DNA of 62,935 nucleotides from an uncultured Veillonellaceae bacterium (GCA_902766015.1 CACXCC010000034.1:1-62935), one strand, 5' to 3'. Positions 37,759-49,020 are shown, counted from the stretch's first letter. Notes: generated by a model from the sequence alone, not told the origin. Numbers and translations: made by a program.

Positions 37759-38291
37759 ACGTACAGCTTGCACGCAGATACGCCAAGGCAGTCTTCCAGA
37801 TTGCCCAGGAACAGAACAAGCTTGTCGAGTATGGCAAGGAATTGCAGCTTATTCGTGAGAATCTTGACGGTATCGCCAATTTCACGGAGTTTCTGGACAA
37901 TCCGCAGATCGATGTCAAGGCCAAAAAAGACCTGCTGAAGAAAGTTTTCGAGAGTGAACTTTCTCCGGTCGTATATCATCTGCTGCTCCTGCTGGTCGAT
38001 AAACACCGCGTTCATGTTTTTGACGCCCTGGAAGACCAGTACCGTGCCTTTTCGTATAAAGAGCGCGGCATCGTCGTTGCCGACGTGACGACGGCGCAGG
38101 ATATCACGAAGAAACAGCAGAGTCAGTTGAAAGACAAGCTGGAGAGCGTAACGGGTAAACAGATCCGTTTCCGCCTCCACAAAGATCCAGCGATTATCGG
38201 CGGTATTATCGTACAGATGGGTGACCGTCGTATGGATGGCAGCGTCAGAACCCGCTTACGCGATCTTGCAAACGGCTTACTGGCACATTAA
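37752..38291 (+). CDS. atpH: F0F1 ATP synthase subunit delta
   Basis: 179 aa. OSCP-like 'ARRYAKAVFQIA' start and a 'DPAIIGGIIVQMGDRRMDGSV' end. Confidence 0.9.
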   Translation: MLNVQLARRYAKAVFQIAQEQNKLVEYGKELQLIRENLDGIANFTEFLDNPQIDVKAKKDLLKKVFESELSPVVYHLLLLLVDKHRVHVFDALEDQYRAFSYKERGIVVADVTTAQDITKKQQSQLKDKLESVTGKQIRFRLHKDPAIIGGIIVQMGDRRMDGSVRTRLRDLANGLLAH

Positions 38292-38315
38292 GGCACAATG
38301 GGGTGACAGCGAAAT

Positions 38316-39866
38316 ATGAAAATGAAACCGGAAGATATTACCGCGATCATTAAGAATCAGATTCTTCATTATCAGGAAGATGTTGATGTCAATGACGTCG
38401 GTACGGTCCTGGAAATCGGTGACGGTATCGCCCATATCCACGGCCTCGATAAGGCTATGGCAGGCGAGCTGCTTGATTTCGGACACGAAGCATATGGGTT
38501 GGTCCTGAACCTTGAACAGGACAATGTCGGTGCCGTTATCTTAGGTAACGATACGGCAATCAAAGAAGGCGATACGGTCAAACGTACGGGTCGTATCATG
38601 CAGGTCCCGGTCGGTGAAAACATGGTCGGCCGCGTTGTCGATGCTCTCGGTCGTCCGATCGACGGCAAAGGCGACATTGACACGACGGAGACGCGCCCGG
38701 TCGAGATTAAAGCTCCGGGTATCGCCGATCGTAAATCCGTTAAAGAACCGCTGCAGACCGGTATCAAAGCAATCGATGCTCTCGTACCGATCGGTCGCGG
38801 CCAGCGCGAATTGATCATCGGTGACCGCGGTATCGGTAAAACGGCTATCGCAATCGACACGATCATTAACCAGCACGACCAGAACTGCATCTGCGTTTAC
38901 GTTGCAATCGGCCAGAAAGCTTCGACCGTTGCCCGTGTCGTCAAAACGCTCGAAGAGCACGGCGCCATGGACTATACGATCGTCGTTGCTGCTACGGCTG
39001 CCGCCAGCGCACCGCTGCAGTACCTCTCTCCGTATGCCGGCACGGCTATGGCAGAGTACTTCATGCATAAAGGCAAACATTGCCTCTGCATTTACGATGA
39101 CTTGACGAAGCATGCAGCTGCATACCGTGCAATGTCCCTGCTTCTGAGAAGACCGCCGGGACGTGAAGCTTACCCGGGCGATGTTTTCTACTTACATTCC
39201 CGTCTTCTCGAGCGCGCAGCCAAACTCTCCGACGAGCTCGGCGGCGGTTCCATCACGGCTCTGCCGATCATTGAGACGCAGGCCGGCGACGTTTCCGCTT
39301 ACATTCCGACGAACGTTATCTCCATCACGGACGGTCAGATCATGCTGGAGACGGACCTCTTCAACTCCGGTGTACGCCCGGCTATCAACGTCGGTCTTTC
39401 CGTATCCCGAGTCGGCGGCAGTGCCCAGATCAAAGCGATGAAACAGGTTTCCGGTACGATGCGTCTCGACCTTGCTCAGTACCGCGAACTCGCAGCGTTC
39501 GCACAGTTCGGTTCCGACCTGGATAAATCCACGAAAGCACAGCTCGACCGCGGTATCCGCATGGTTGAGACGCTGAAACAGCCGCAGTATTCCCCGATGG
39601 CTGTTGAGGATCAGGTTGTTTCCATTTTTGCAGCCGTTAAAGGCTTCCTGATGGACATCCCGGTCGAAAAAGTCGTTGATTTCCAGAAAGGTCTCATTTC
39701 GTACATGCAGACGGAACATCCGGAAATTGGCGAAAGCATTCTTCAGAAGAAGAAACTCGACGATGCTCTTGAAGGCGAGATTGCCCGCGCAATCGACTCC
39801 TACAAGAACACGGTACCGTATCGTATTCAGGAGACGAAAGACAAGAAGAAAAAGGCTGAAGCATAA
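38316..39866 (+). CDS. atpA: F0F1 ATP synthase subunit alpha
   Basis: Motifs '[15 protein letters not shown]' and '[42 protein letters not shown]'. Confidence 0.97.
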   Translation: MKMKPEDITAIIKNQILHYQEDVDVNDVGTVLEIGDGIAHIHGLDKAMAGELLDFGHEAYGLVLNLEQDNVGAVILGNDTAIKEGDTVKRTGRIMQVPVGENMVGRVVDALGRPIDGKGDIDTTETRPVEIKAPGIADRKSVKEPLQTGIKAIDALVPIGRGQRELIIGDRGIGKTAIAIDTIINQHDQNCICVYVAIGQKASTVARVVKTLEEHGAMDYTIVVAATAAASAPLQYLSPYAGTAMAEYFMHKGKHCLCIYDDLTKHAAAYRAMSLLLRRPPGREAYPGDVFYLHSRLLERAAKLSDELGGGSITALPIIETQAGDVSAYIPTNVISITDGQIMLETDLFNSGVRPAINVGLSVSRVGGSAQIKAMKQVSGTMRLDLAQYRELAAFAQFGSDLDKSTKAQLDRGIRMVETLKQPQYSPMAVEDQVVSIFAAVKGFLMDIPVEKVVDFQKGLISYMQTEHPEIGESILQKKKLDDALEGEIARAIDSYKNTVPYRIQETKDKKKKAEA

Positions 39867-39882
39867 GGTGAGGTGATTCGAT

Positions 39883-40749
39883 TTGAGCTTACAGGACATT
39901 CGTCACCACATCAAAGGTGTCAAGAACATCCAGCAGATCACCAATGCCATGGACATGGTCGCAACTTCGCGTCTGCGTCATGCCAAGGAGGCGGCTATCG
40001 CAAACCGTCCTTATGCCGAAAAAGTTAAGGAAGCGGTTATGGACGTTGCGGCACATGCTTCCGGCGACCTGACGCATCCGCTGCTTCAGCAGCATGAGAC
40101 CGGTAAACGCCTGATCCTCTGCATCGCAGCAGATAAAGGTCTCGCCGGCGCATACTCGAGCAATGCCTGCAAGAAAGCGCTGACTCTTATCGAAGATAAG
40201 AATAACACGACGTTTATTACGGTCGGCCGCAAAGCGCGTGACTATTTCCATTTCCGCGGCTATAACCTGACGGATTCCTTCTTCGGCATCAGCGAAAAAC
40301 CGGGTGTCGAGGATGCCCGCATGGTAGCCACGGCTCTGATCGATCAGTTCATCGATCATGACATCAAGGAAGTCTACATGGTTTATACCCACTTTGTCTC
40401 GGCAATCAACTGTGAGCCGCGTGCCGTACAGTTGCTCCCGTTTGTCAATCTCGGCAAACAGGATGGGGATAAAGCGGACAAGAAGCCGCAGGCGGAGTTC
40501 ATTTATGAACCGTCTGCCGACGAAGTTTTGAGATTCCTGCTGCCGCAGTATCTGTTCACGACGATCTATGCCGCAATGCTGCAGTCGGCGGCCAGCGAGC
40601 TCAGTTCCCGTATGAACGCGATGAGCAACGCAACGGATAACGCCGAAGATCTCATGAATAAACTGAACCTGCACTACAATAAAGTACGTCAGGCCGGTAT
40701 TACGCGTGAGATTACCGAGATCGTGGGCGGTGCTGAAGCCCTGAAATAA
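39883..40749 (+). CDS. atpG: F0F1 ATP synthase subunit gamma
   Basis: TTG start. Motifs 'IQQITNAMDMVATSRL' and 'YNKVRQAGITREITEIVGGAEAL'. Confidence 0.95.
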   Translation: MSLQDIRHHIKGVKNIQQITNAMDMVATSRLRHAKEAAIANRPYAEKVKEAVMDVAAHASGDLTHPLLQQHETGKRLILCIAADKGLAGAYSSNACKKALTLIEDKNNTTFITVGRKARDYFHFRGYNLTDSFFGISEKPGVEDARMVATALIDQFIDHDIKEVYMVYTHFVSAINCEPRAVQLLPFVNLGKQDGDKADKKPQAEFIYEPSADEVLRFLLPQYLFTTIYAAMLQSAASELSSRMNAMSNATDNAEDLMNKLNLHYNKVRQAGITREITEIVGGAEALK

Positions 40750-42174
<1,425 letters not shown>

Positions 42175-42177
42175 TCG

Positions 42178-42630
42178 ATGGCTGTTGCAACAACGAAGCT
42201 AGAGATTGTCACTCCGGACCGCGTCGTTTATGAGGCTGATATCGCGATGGCTATCGTCCGTGCATCGGACGGTGAACTCGGTATTCTGCCGCACCACATT
42301 CCGTTGATTACCGGTATTGTTCCGCACGCAATGCGTGTTAAGTTCGCTGACGGACGCGATGAACAGCTCATCGCCGTTTCGGGCGGCTTTATGGAAGTCA
42401 TGCCGGATAAGATCATCATGTTTGCTACGTCGGCAGAGGAGCCGGTTGACATTGACGTCAACCGTGCTCAGCGCGACATGGAACGTGCCAGAAAACGTTT
42501 GGCAGAACTCCATGCCAGCCCGATGACCGCTGCTCAGCGTGCATCGTTGCAGAAAGAAGAACTTGCTCTCCAGCGTGCAATCGTACGTCTGAAGGTTGCA
42601 GCTTCTCTTTCTCATAAGGACGAGAAATAA
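42178..42630 (+). CDS. atpC: F0F1 ATP synthase subunit epsilon
   Basis: 150 aa. N-terminal beta-sandwich 'LEIVTPDRVVYE' and a C-terminal helical hairpin. Last gene before a strong terminator. Confidence 0.93.
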   Translation: MAVATTKLEIVTPDRVVYEADIAMAIVRASDGELGILPHHIPLITGIVPHAMRVKFADGRDEQLIAVSGGFMEVMPDKIIMFATSAEEPVDIDVNRAQRDMERARKRLAELHASPMTAAQRASLQKEELALQRAIVRLKVAASLSHKDEK

Positions 42631-42645
42631 CGGAGTTTCTCCCAA

Positions 42646-42686
42646 AACCGCTGTTGTCACATTTTGTGACGACAGCGGTTTTTTAT
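42646..42686 (+). terminator. intrinsic terminator after atpC
   Basis: AACCGCTGTTGTCAC-attt-TGTGACGACAGCGGTT followed by TTTTAT. Confidence 0.85.
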
Positions 42687-42799
42687 GTTTCATTACGGGT
42701 ACCCGAGATCAGCGAGCGTCAATTTACCTGTAGGAAAGTCATCGTTTACCTCGGCATGCCTTTATAGGATGTAGTCCTGTCGATCGCGGGATAGGGAAA

Positions 42800-42840
42800 G
42801 AACAAGAAAGCCTCCGGACGAACCGGGGGCTTTCTTGTTC
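42800..42840 (-). terminator. hairpin downstream of the MFS gene (weak U-tract)
   Basis: GAACAAGAAAGCC...GGCTTTCTTGTTC, a 13-bp stem. On the minus strand it is followed by TTTCCC. Confidence 0.5.
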
Positions 42841-42884
42841 TATGCGGTTAATATGTCATTAATCGAAACGTTTCCGAAAGCGGC

Positions 42885-44225
42885 TCAGTGATTGAGTACC
42901 GTTTCGGCTTTTTCTGCCGACTCGATAGCCGGTGCATCTTTGCGGCTGCCGGAGAAGTTGTACTGAATCGTCAGGACGAGCAGGCTTGCTGCGAACATGA
43001 AGGCTGCCATGAGGAAGTAGCCGAGGTCAAAGGAGCCCGTGTACGTCTTGACAACACCCATCATATACGGGCCGACCCAGCCGCCGAGATTGCCGCAGGA
43101 GTTGATGAGTGCGACGGAACCGGCTGCGGCAGGACCCGTGAGGAATGTCGTCGGGATTGTCCACCAAACGCCCATCGCGGCGTAAATGCCGATTGCGGAG
43201 AGGCAGACGAGGAAGAGTGCCGTGTACATATCCGAAGCGAACGGGCTGAGTCCGAGACCGACGGCGCCGACGAGAAGCGTCAACGATACATGCCAGACCT
43301 TGTCACCGGTTTTCGTCGCCGTATGACCGATGATAACCTGAACGATAAGGGCGGCCATCATCGGCAGGGCAATCGCACCGCCCAGCAGCTGCGTCGACCA
43401 TCCCGAAAGACCTTTGAGGACAGTCGGCATCCAGAAGTTGAAGCCCCAGAAACCGATGATCCAGAGGAAATAAATGAGGCAGAGACGCAGAACCTTGACA
43501 TCCGTGAAAGCCTGCCAAACTGTATATTTTTTGACGTTCTGCATTGCAGCGCGTTCTTTGGCACAGGTATCCGTGAGCCATTTCTTTTCGGCGTCCGTGA
43601 GCCAGTTGACCTGATCCGGACGATCCTTGACAAAGAAGAAAAAGACGACGGCAAATGCAAGTGCCGGGAGAGCCTCAAGGATGAAGAGTTCCTGCCAGCC
43701 GTGCAGGCCGATGATTGACGTATTGAGCAGGACACCGGCGAGCGGAGCACCGATAATCGTCGAAAGCAGCAGTGACGTCAGCATCAGCGACGTTGCGCGG
43801 GCGCGTTCGCGGCCCGTAAACCACTGCGGGAACAGGACGGAATAGATGACGGGGTAGAGACTTGCCTCCGAAGCACCGAGCAGGAAGCGGCAGAGATAGA
43901 ATTCTGTTTTTGTATGCATAAAGGCCATGAAAATGCAGACAAGACCCCACGTGAACATGATGCGGGCAATCCATTTCGTCGCCGAGAATTTGGATGCAAT
44001 GAGTGCGCCGGGGATCTCAAGCAGGAGATAACCCATGAAGAAAATGCCGGCGCCTGCCCCGAAGACTTCCGGTGTAATCCACGTGAGTTCCTGCTCCATC
44101 GTCAGTTTCGCATAAGCGATGTTGACGCGGTCAATGCAGGCGATAATCGAGACGAGAAAAACCGGCAAAATGATGCGCAGATCTCGTTTTCGTTTCAGAC
44201 TGGCGAAATTGACAGATGATTCCAT
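42885..44225 (-). CDS. MFS transporter, anion:cation symporter (ACS)-like subfamily
   Basis: 446 aa and 12 TM segments. N-terminal 'IIACIDRVNIAYAKL' is the DRxN motif seen in ACS-type MFS. AGGAGG RBS. A T-box leader precedes it. Confidence 0.85.
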   Translation of the reverse strand: MESSVNFASLKRKRDLRIILPVFLVSIIACIDRVNIAYAKLTMEQELTWITPEVFGAGAGIFFMGYLLLEIPGALIASKFSATKWIARIMFTWGLVCIFMAFMHTKTEFYLCRFLLGASEASLYPVIYSVLFPQWFTGRERARATSLMLTSLLLSTIIGAPLAGVLLNTSIIGLHGWQELFILEALPALAFAVVFFFFVKDRPDQVNWLTDAEKKWLTDTCAKERAAMQNVKKYTVWQAFTDVKVLRLCLIYFLWIIGFWGFNFWMPTVLKGLSGWSTQLLGGAIALPMMAALIVQVIIGHTATKTGDKVWHVSLTLLVGAVGLGLSPFASDMYTALFLVCLSAIGIYAAMGVWWTIPTTFLTGPAAAGSVALINSCGNLGGWVGPYMMGVVKTYTGSFDLGYFLMAAFMFAASLLVLTIQYNFSGSRKDAPAIESAEKAETVLNH

Positions 44226-44247
44226 AATGATTCCTCCTAAAATGAAA

Positions 44248-44548
44248 TAAAAAAGCCCCGTCCCGTAAAGGGACGGAGCTTAATTTCCGTGGTGCCACCC
44301 AGATTCCCGGACCGATGCCGGGCACTTACAGCGTACAAACATACGCGTCTCCGGTAACGGGGAGCGGCCGTTGCGGCTTAATGAATTCAGCCTTACTTCT
44401 CCGGGATGATATTCGCTTTCGCAACAGCTGCTGCCTTGCAGCAAAATGGCAACTCTCTGAAAACTGTGTCCGAAAGGTACTTGTTCCCATCATCGGATTT
44501 CCGATGTGTCGTTATGTAACAGGTTTACAGGCACTTTTGCCTGCGATG
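44248..44548 (-). promoter_or_regulatory. T-box riboswitch leader (tRNA-sensing transcription attenuator) of the MFS transporter gene
   Basis: Minus-strand read. Stem I starts GAUGAUGGGAACAAGUA, followed by AGAGAG. The specifier loop 3' side is CGAAUAUCA. The T-box sequence is AAUCUGGGUGGCACCACGG (plus 44287-44305). The antiterminator is GGG[UGGCACC]ACGG...CCGUCCC. The competing terminator is AGCUCCGUCCC-UUUAC-GGGACGGGGCU followed by U6 (plus 44248-44280). Confidence 0.85.
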
Positions 44549-44554
44549 TTTCAT

Positions 44555-44583
44555 AATATACACCGGAAAAACAATAATGTCAA
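44555..44583 (-). promoter_or_regulatory. sigma-70-type promoter driving the T-box leader
   Basis: Minus strand: TTGACA, a 17-nt spacer, then TATATT. Confidence 0.55.
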
Positions 44584-44617
44584 GCGCTTGGATTCACTTT
44601 TTTGTGAAACAAGGCGA

Positions 44618-44953
44618 TCAGGCGAAGAACTGGTTCCAGAGAATGATGACGAAGAGCGCGACGGCGATACCGATTGACGCCGAGCTGAACCGTTTGACGT
44701 AGATGCGCGTCGAGTCGGAAAGTTTGGCGTGACGGTCAATGTACATGAGGATCATCGAGGTTGCGAGCAGGACGTACATACCGCGGTTCAGCCAGTCAAA
44801 CTGCATCCAGCCGACTGAGGCAATAAAGATCGTGAAGAAAATGACGGCGACAAGGAAATAGTCCTTGCCGACTTTTTGCGGCTTCTTTTTCGCGTCAGAA
44901 GGTTTTTTCTGCTCGGCGAGCTTATGCTGCAGTTTCTTGTATTGTTTGGACAT
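44618..44953 (-). CDS. hypothetical small membrane protein (3 TM)
   Basis: ATG at 44953 follows a GAAAGGAAG RBS (the ORF-track start at 45052 has none). Lys-rich N-terminus followed by three hydrophobic segments. I recognised no family. Confidence 0.5.
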   Translation of the reverse strand: MSKQYKKLQHKLAEQKKPSDAKKKPQKVGKDYFLVAVIFFTIFIASVGWMQFDWLNRGMYVLLATSMILMYIDRHAKLSDSTRIYVKRFSSASIGIAVALFVIILWNQFFA

Positions 44954-45045
44954 GGAGAAATCTTCCTTTCGTGAAACGTTGTGTTCTCTCATTATATCAT
45001 ATTTACACGCATAAGGGGAATTTGCGGTTTTTCTTTTAAAAGGAT

Positions 45046-45074
45046 TTGCCACACAGGCAAATGCTTGCTACAAT
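45046..45074 (+). promoter_or_regulatory. candidate promoter of the AcoR-like regulator, with an overlapping palindrome
   Basis: TTGCCA, 17 nt, then TACAAT. The perfect palindrome TTTGCC-ACACA-GGCAAA (45045-45061) covers the -35 element. Confidence 0.45.
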
Positions 45075-45184
45075 ATAACATAGTATTGTATGTTGCAACG
45101 GTCATTTTTTGTATATTTGTACGTCTGATACGGACTGGTGCGTGTTTTGGGCCGCAGTCAGGCGTTTTGAATGGAGGTAGTCCG

Positions 45185-47092
45185 ATGATCCGGGAACATC
45201 GCAGCAGAGAAAAACTCGAAGCGTATTATCAGAAATATGTTATGACGGGCGTCATTGACCCGAATGTTCATCCGTGGGTAGCAGATTCGTGGAAGCGCAG
45301 CCGAAACGGAAATGTACCGCGGGAAAAAATGGACACGTCACACCGTCTGACACCGGAAGCATTTGCCGAGCGTCAACAAAAGCACCGGGACGCGATTCAT
45401 TATTTAGCGAAGCTCAGCGAGGATGTGCGTGAATTTTTCCAGCAGTATGACCTCAGCCTGCTGCTTATCGACCAGGACCTTGTCGTGCTCAAGAGCTTTT
45501 CGCTGCCGTATTATCAGATGACGCCGGGCGAGATCGAAGGTGTCCGCGTCAGCGAGGCCGAAGTCGGTACGTCAAGTATCAGCCTCGCTCATGAACATCA
45601 GTCACCATTCTGGCTTTACGGTCCGGAAATGTGGGTTGAGGAATGTCAGACGGGTGATGCATGCTCCGCACCGGTTTTCGTGAACGGGAATTGTCACTAT
45701 ATCGTGACGCTGGTTTCGATGCAGCAGACCAATATGTCGAAAGATGCGGTCATCACGCTTCTGCTCACCCTCCGGCGTGCGTTGGAAATGCATTTGGAGG
45801 AAAGTGCGAAACTGCATGCGGCAGAGTCGATTCTTGACGCCGCTCCGTTTGCGGTTTATCATGTTATGCCGGACAGTAACGTGGCTTATGTCAATAAGCT
45901 CGGTGAACAGCGCTTGGCAGCGATCGGCGCAGGCCGAAAAAATCAGTTGACGGGCGTTGTCCTGAATTATGAACATACGCCGATTTATAAAGGATTCAGC
46001 GGTATTTCGTCGTTCAATCAGGAAGTGACATGGATTACGTCGCGTAAGACGTATGAGGATATTACAACCGTTGTGCCGCTCTATAACCGCGATGACAGCG
46101 ATGACGTCAACAGTGTTGTCGTCATATCGATGCCGATTGAAGATCTGCGCACGCTTGTCGCTCATGCCGCGGGATATACGGCGAAATACACGCTGCAGTC
46201 GATGGTCGGACACAGTGATATTTTCACGGCGGTTCGTACAAAAGCGGCACGCGTTGCCCGCAATCGCCGCAACGTTCTTCTGCAGGGCGAGTCGGGAACG
46301 GGAAAACAGCGTATGGCGCACGGCATTCACAATGCAAGCGCTCACGCGGCGGGGCCGCTCATTACACTTCGCTGCGGAGACACAACGCCGGAACTCCTCG
46401 ATCAGGAACTCTTCGGTATCTGTCGTTCGGCTGACGTCAGCCATCCGGGACGGCTCGAACTTGCGTCGGGCGGAACGCTCTTCCTCGACGAAATCGAGAA
46501 AATGCCGAAACCGATCGCAACGGAACTCGCTCATGCGCTCGAAACCGGCTTGATGCACCGTATCGGTGAGACGGTACAGCGTCCGATTGACGTACATATC
46601 ATTGCAGCCTGCGACAGCGACCTTAAACGGTTGACGGAACGCGGACTGTTCTCGCCGGAGCTTTACGAGATCATTTCGAAAAATGTCATCCGCATACCGT
46701 CTCTGCGCAGCCGCCGGGAAGATATTCCGGAACTCGCTCAGCATATCGTTGCCGAGCTTGCGGAGCAGCATGAGATGCCGCCGAAGACGATTTTGCCGGA
46801 AACGCTCGAATATCTGCGTGATTACGATTGGCCGGGCAATATCAAGCAGCTTCAGAGTGTGCTCGAATATGCCTTTTTCAACACACAGAGTTCAACAATT
46901 ACCATCGGTGACATCAGTCTTATGGGCCAAGTTCATCCGGATAACAAATGGAAAGAAGACCGCGACATCTTTATTCAGGCCTGGCAGGCTGCCGGCGGAA
47001 ATGTCAGCCGTCTTGCCAATCTGCTCGGTGTCAGCCGCGTGACACTTTACCGTTATTTGAAGAAATACGGACTGGAAAAGAAAAACAACTGA
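45185..47092 (+). CDS. AcoR-like AAA+ enhancer-binding-type transcriptional regulator lacking the GAFTGA motif
   Basis: ATG 45185 after a GGAGG RBS. N-terminal AcoR-type sensory region ('PWVADSWKRS'). AAA+ core with 'GESGTGK' and 'GGTLFLDEIE'. C-terminal Fis-type HTH 'GGNVSRLANLLGVSRVTLYRYLKKYGL'. The loop after ELFG reads ICRSADVSHP instead of xxxGAFTGA. Confidence 0.85.
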   Translation: MIREHRSREKLEAYYQKYVMTGVIDPNVHPWVADSWKRSRNGNVPREKMDTSHRLTPEAFAERQQKHRDAIHYLAKLSEDVREFFQQYDLSLLLIDQDLVVLKSFSLPYYQMTPGEIEGVRVSEAEVGTSSISLAHEHQSPFWLYGPEMWVEECQTGDACSAPVFVNGNCHYIVTLVSMQQTNMSKDAVITLLLTLRRALEMHLEESAKLHAAESILDAAPFAVYHVMPDSNVAYVNKLGEQRLAAIGAGRKNQLTGVVLNYEHTPIYKGFSGISSFNQEVTWITSRKTYEDITTVVPLYNRDDSDDVNSVVVISMPIEDLRTLVAHAAGYTAKYTLQSMVGHSDIFTAVRTKAARVARNRRNVLLQGESGTGKQRMAHGIHNASAHAAGPLITLRCGDTTPELLDQELFGICRSADVSHPGRLELASGGTLFLDEIEKMPKPIATELAHALETGLMHRIGETVQRPIDVHIIAACDSDLKRLTERGLFSPELYEIISKNVIRIPSLRSRREDIPELAQHIVAELAEQHEMPPKTILPETLEYLRDYDWPGNIKQLQSVLEYAFFNTQSSTITIGDISLMGQVHPDNKWKEDRDIFIQAWQAAGGNVSRLANLLGVSRVTLYRYLKKYGLEKKNN

Positions 47093-47105
47093 AGGAGAAT
47101 TACAC

Positions 47106-47756
47106 TTGCGTTTACGAAGAAAACCCTGGGTGGACAAGGCAATTCATGATTTTGACGCGTTTGTCTTCAGCCGGGATCAGGAAATCGGAGAAGAAAAACA
47201 GGGGCATTGGGCGGACATTTTTGACCGTCAGGCACCGCTTTATGTCGAACTCGGCACGGGTAAAGGTGACTTTATCAGTCAATTCGCCGAGCGTCATCCG
47301 GAGATCAATTTTATCGGCATCGAGATGCAGCAGGACGTGCTCTATTCCGCGGCGAAAAAGATCGCGGAGAAAGAACTTACCAATGTCCGCTTGCTCGTAT
47401 TTGACATCAATAAGATCGAGACGATTTTTGCGCCGGGCGAGGTTGACCGCTTTTTTATCAATTTCTGTGATCCGTGGCCGAAAACGCGTCACGCCAAGCG
47501 CCGTTTGACGCATGTCGGTTTCCTCGAAAAATACCGTAAGCTTTTGCGTCCGCAGGGTGAACTGCATTTTAAGACGGACAATCGTCCGCTGTTTGACTTT
47601 TCCTTGCAGCAGTTTGAGGAAGCGGGACTGACGGTCCGCGACGTCACGTTTGACCTGCATGCCGAGAACCGTCCGGATAACATTGAGACCGAGTATGAGC
47701 GGAAATTCAGCGGCTTCGGTGAGAAGATCAACCGTTGTGAGGTTATTTTTCCGTAA
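47106..47756 (+). CDS. trmB: tRNA (guanine46-N7)-methyltransferase
   Basis: 216 aa. Motifs 'LYVELGTGKGDF', 'FINFCDPWPK.RH.KRRL' and 'TEYERKF'. Confidence 0.9.
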   Translation: MRLRRKPWVDKAIHDFDAFVFSRDQEIGEEKQGHWADIFDRQAPLYVELGTGKGDFISQFAERHPEINFIGIEMQQDVLYSAAKKIAEKELTNVRLLVFDINKIETIFAPGEVDRFFINFCDPWPKTRHAKRRLTHVGFLEKYRKLLRPQGELHFKTDNRPLFDFSLQQFEEAGLTVRDVTFDLHAENRPDNIETEYERKFSGFGEKINRCEVIFP

Positions 47757-47759
47757 GGG

Positions 47760-48983
47760 GTGTCGGGATTGAAGGTAAAAAGAACACTTTGGTCCAGCCC
47801 GTCTGAGCCGATTCTCGTCATTATGGCTCTCCTCATCGTGCTGGGTACAATCAATGTCTTCAGCTCGAGTTTTGTACTCGCGATGACGGATTTCAATAAT
47901 CCGTATTATTTTTTGGAGCGTCATGTCGTTATTCTTCTCGTGGGAGCAGTCTGCTTTCTGATCTGCCGCAAGGTGCCGTATAAACATTGGCGTTATGCGA
48001 TGCTGCCGATTCTCGGATTTGTCATCATTTCGCTGGGACTGGTTCTCGTCATCGGTACATCGGTCAACGGCGCACGGCGCTGGCTTTCGATCTTCGGCAT
48101 CGGGTTTCAGCCGGCGGAGTTTGCCAAACTGCTCAGTGTCATTATGGCGGCGACGTATATCGCGGCGATTTTGGGACGCGGCATGCGTCTGCGCCTGAAA
48201 CAGTTGCGCAGTGTCCCGTACGCCATTATTTTTGTTATGGCGTGTTTGACGGAACTGGAGCCGGATATGGGAACGGCGTGTATCATTTTCGGTGTGCCGC
48301 TGCTCATGTTTTTTGTGCTTTGGTTTGACCGTTCGCGGTTCAGCTCAAGGGCGGATTTTTTGATCAAAGCCGGAACGGGAGTCCTTTGCTTCGCAGGATT
48401 TGTTTTTATGCTGGCTGTTTTGCAGCCGTACCGCATGGCCCGTATCCGCGTCATGTTTGACCCGTGGTCTGACGCACAGGGGATCGGGTATCAGACGGTT
48501 CAGTCGCTTTCGACGATCGGTTCGGGAGGACTTTGGGGCATGGGCTTCGGCGAAGGCATCAGCAAGTACGCCTATCTGCCGGAAGCGCATACCGACTTCG
48601 CTTTTGCGATTTTCTGTCAGGAGCACGGCTATCTCGGCGCGTTCCTCGTTTTCTTCCTGTTCACGATGCTTTTGCTTTGCTGCACGCGCGTGGCACAGAC
48701 GGCGCGGGATACATTCGGACAGGTTCTCGCTCTCGGCATTATGATCCTCATCGTCGGACAGGCGATAGCCAATATTGCCATGGTCGGCGGTATGTTCGCT
48801 GTTGTCGGTGTTCCGCTGCCGTTCATCAGTTACGGCGGTTCGTCACTCATCGTTTCGATGTCGGCCATCGGCATGCTTTTAAATATCTGTGACAGTACAC
48901 GAAAACCTGCCCGCGAGGCCGCAATGCCGCGTCAAACCGATGACTCTGACGCAGGACAGATCCGTCTGCATCGCGTCAAATGA
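47760..48983 (+). CDS. FtsW/RodA/SpoVE (SEDS) family peptidoglycan polymerase
   Basis: Ten TM segments. Motifs 'GARRWLSIFGIGFQPAEFAK', 'PEAHTDFAFAI' and 'GVPLPFISYGGSSL'. TTG 47769 is an alternative start. Confidence 0.88.
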   Translation: MSGLKVKRTLWSSPSEPILVIMALLIVLGTINVFSSSFVLAMTDFNNPYYFLERHVVILLVGAVCFLICRKVPYKHWRYAMLPILGFVIISLGLVLVIGTSVNGARRWLSIFGIGFQPAEFAKLLSVIMAATYIAAILGRGMRLRLKQLRSVPYAIIFVMACLTELEPDMGTACIIFGVPLLMFFVLWFDRSRFSSRADFLIKAGTGVLCFAGFVFMLAVLQPYRMARIRVMFDPWSDAQGIGYQTVQSLSTIGSGGLWGMGFGEGISKYAYLPEAHTDFAFAIFCQEHGYLGAFLVFFLFTMLLLCCTRVAQTARDTFGQVLALGIMILIVGQAIANIAMVGGMFAVVGVPLPFISYGGSSLIVSMSAIGMLLNICDSTRKPAREAAMPRQTDDSDAGQIRLHRVK

Positions 48984-49020
48984 CGTCAATTTTACAACGA
49001 TAAACCCGTCAGGGACAGAA

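Noticed and set aside
44315-44677. 120-aa + strand ORF over the T-box region
   Set aside because: It lies antisense to a fully featured T-box leader and its promoter. It has no RBS and no recognisable domains.
45056-45068. Sigma-54-like -24/-12 element (GGCAAATGCTTGC) upstream of the AAA+ regulator
   Set aside because: The GG-to-GC spacing is one nucleotide short of the canonical TGGCAC-N5-TTGC. The same bases are better explained as the spacer of a TTGCCA-17-TACAAT sigma-70 promoter.
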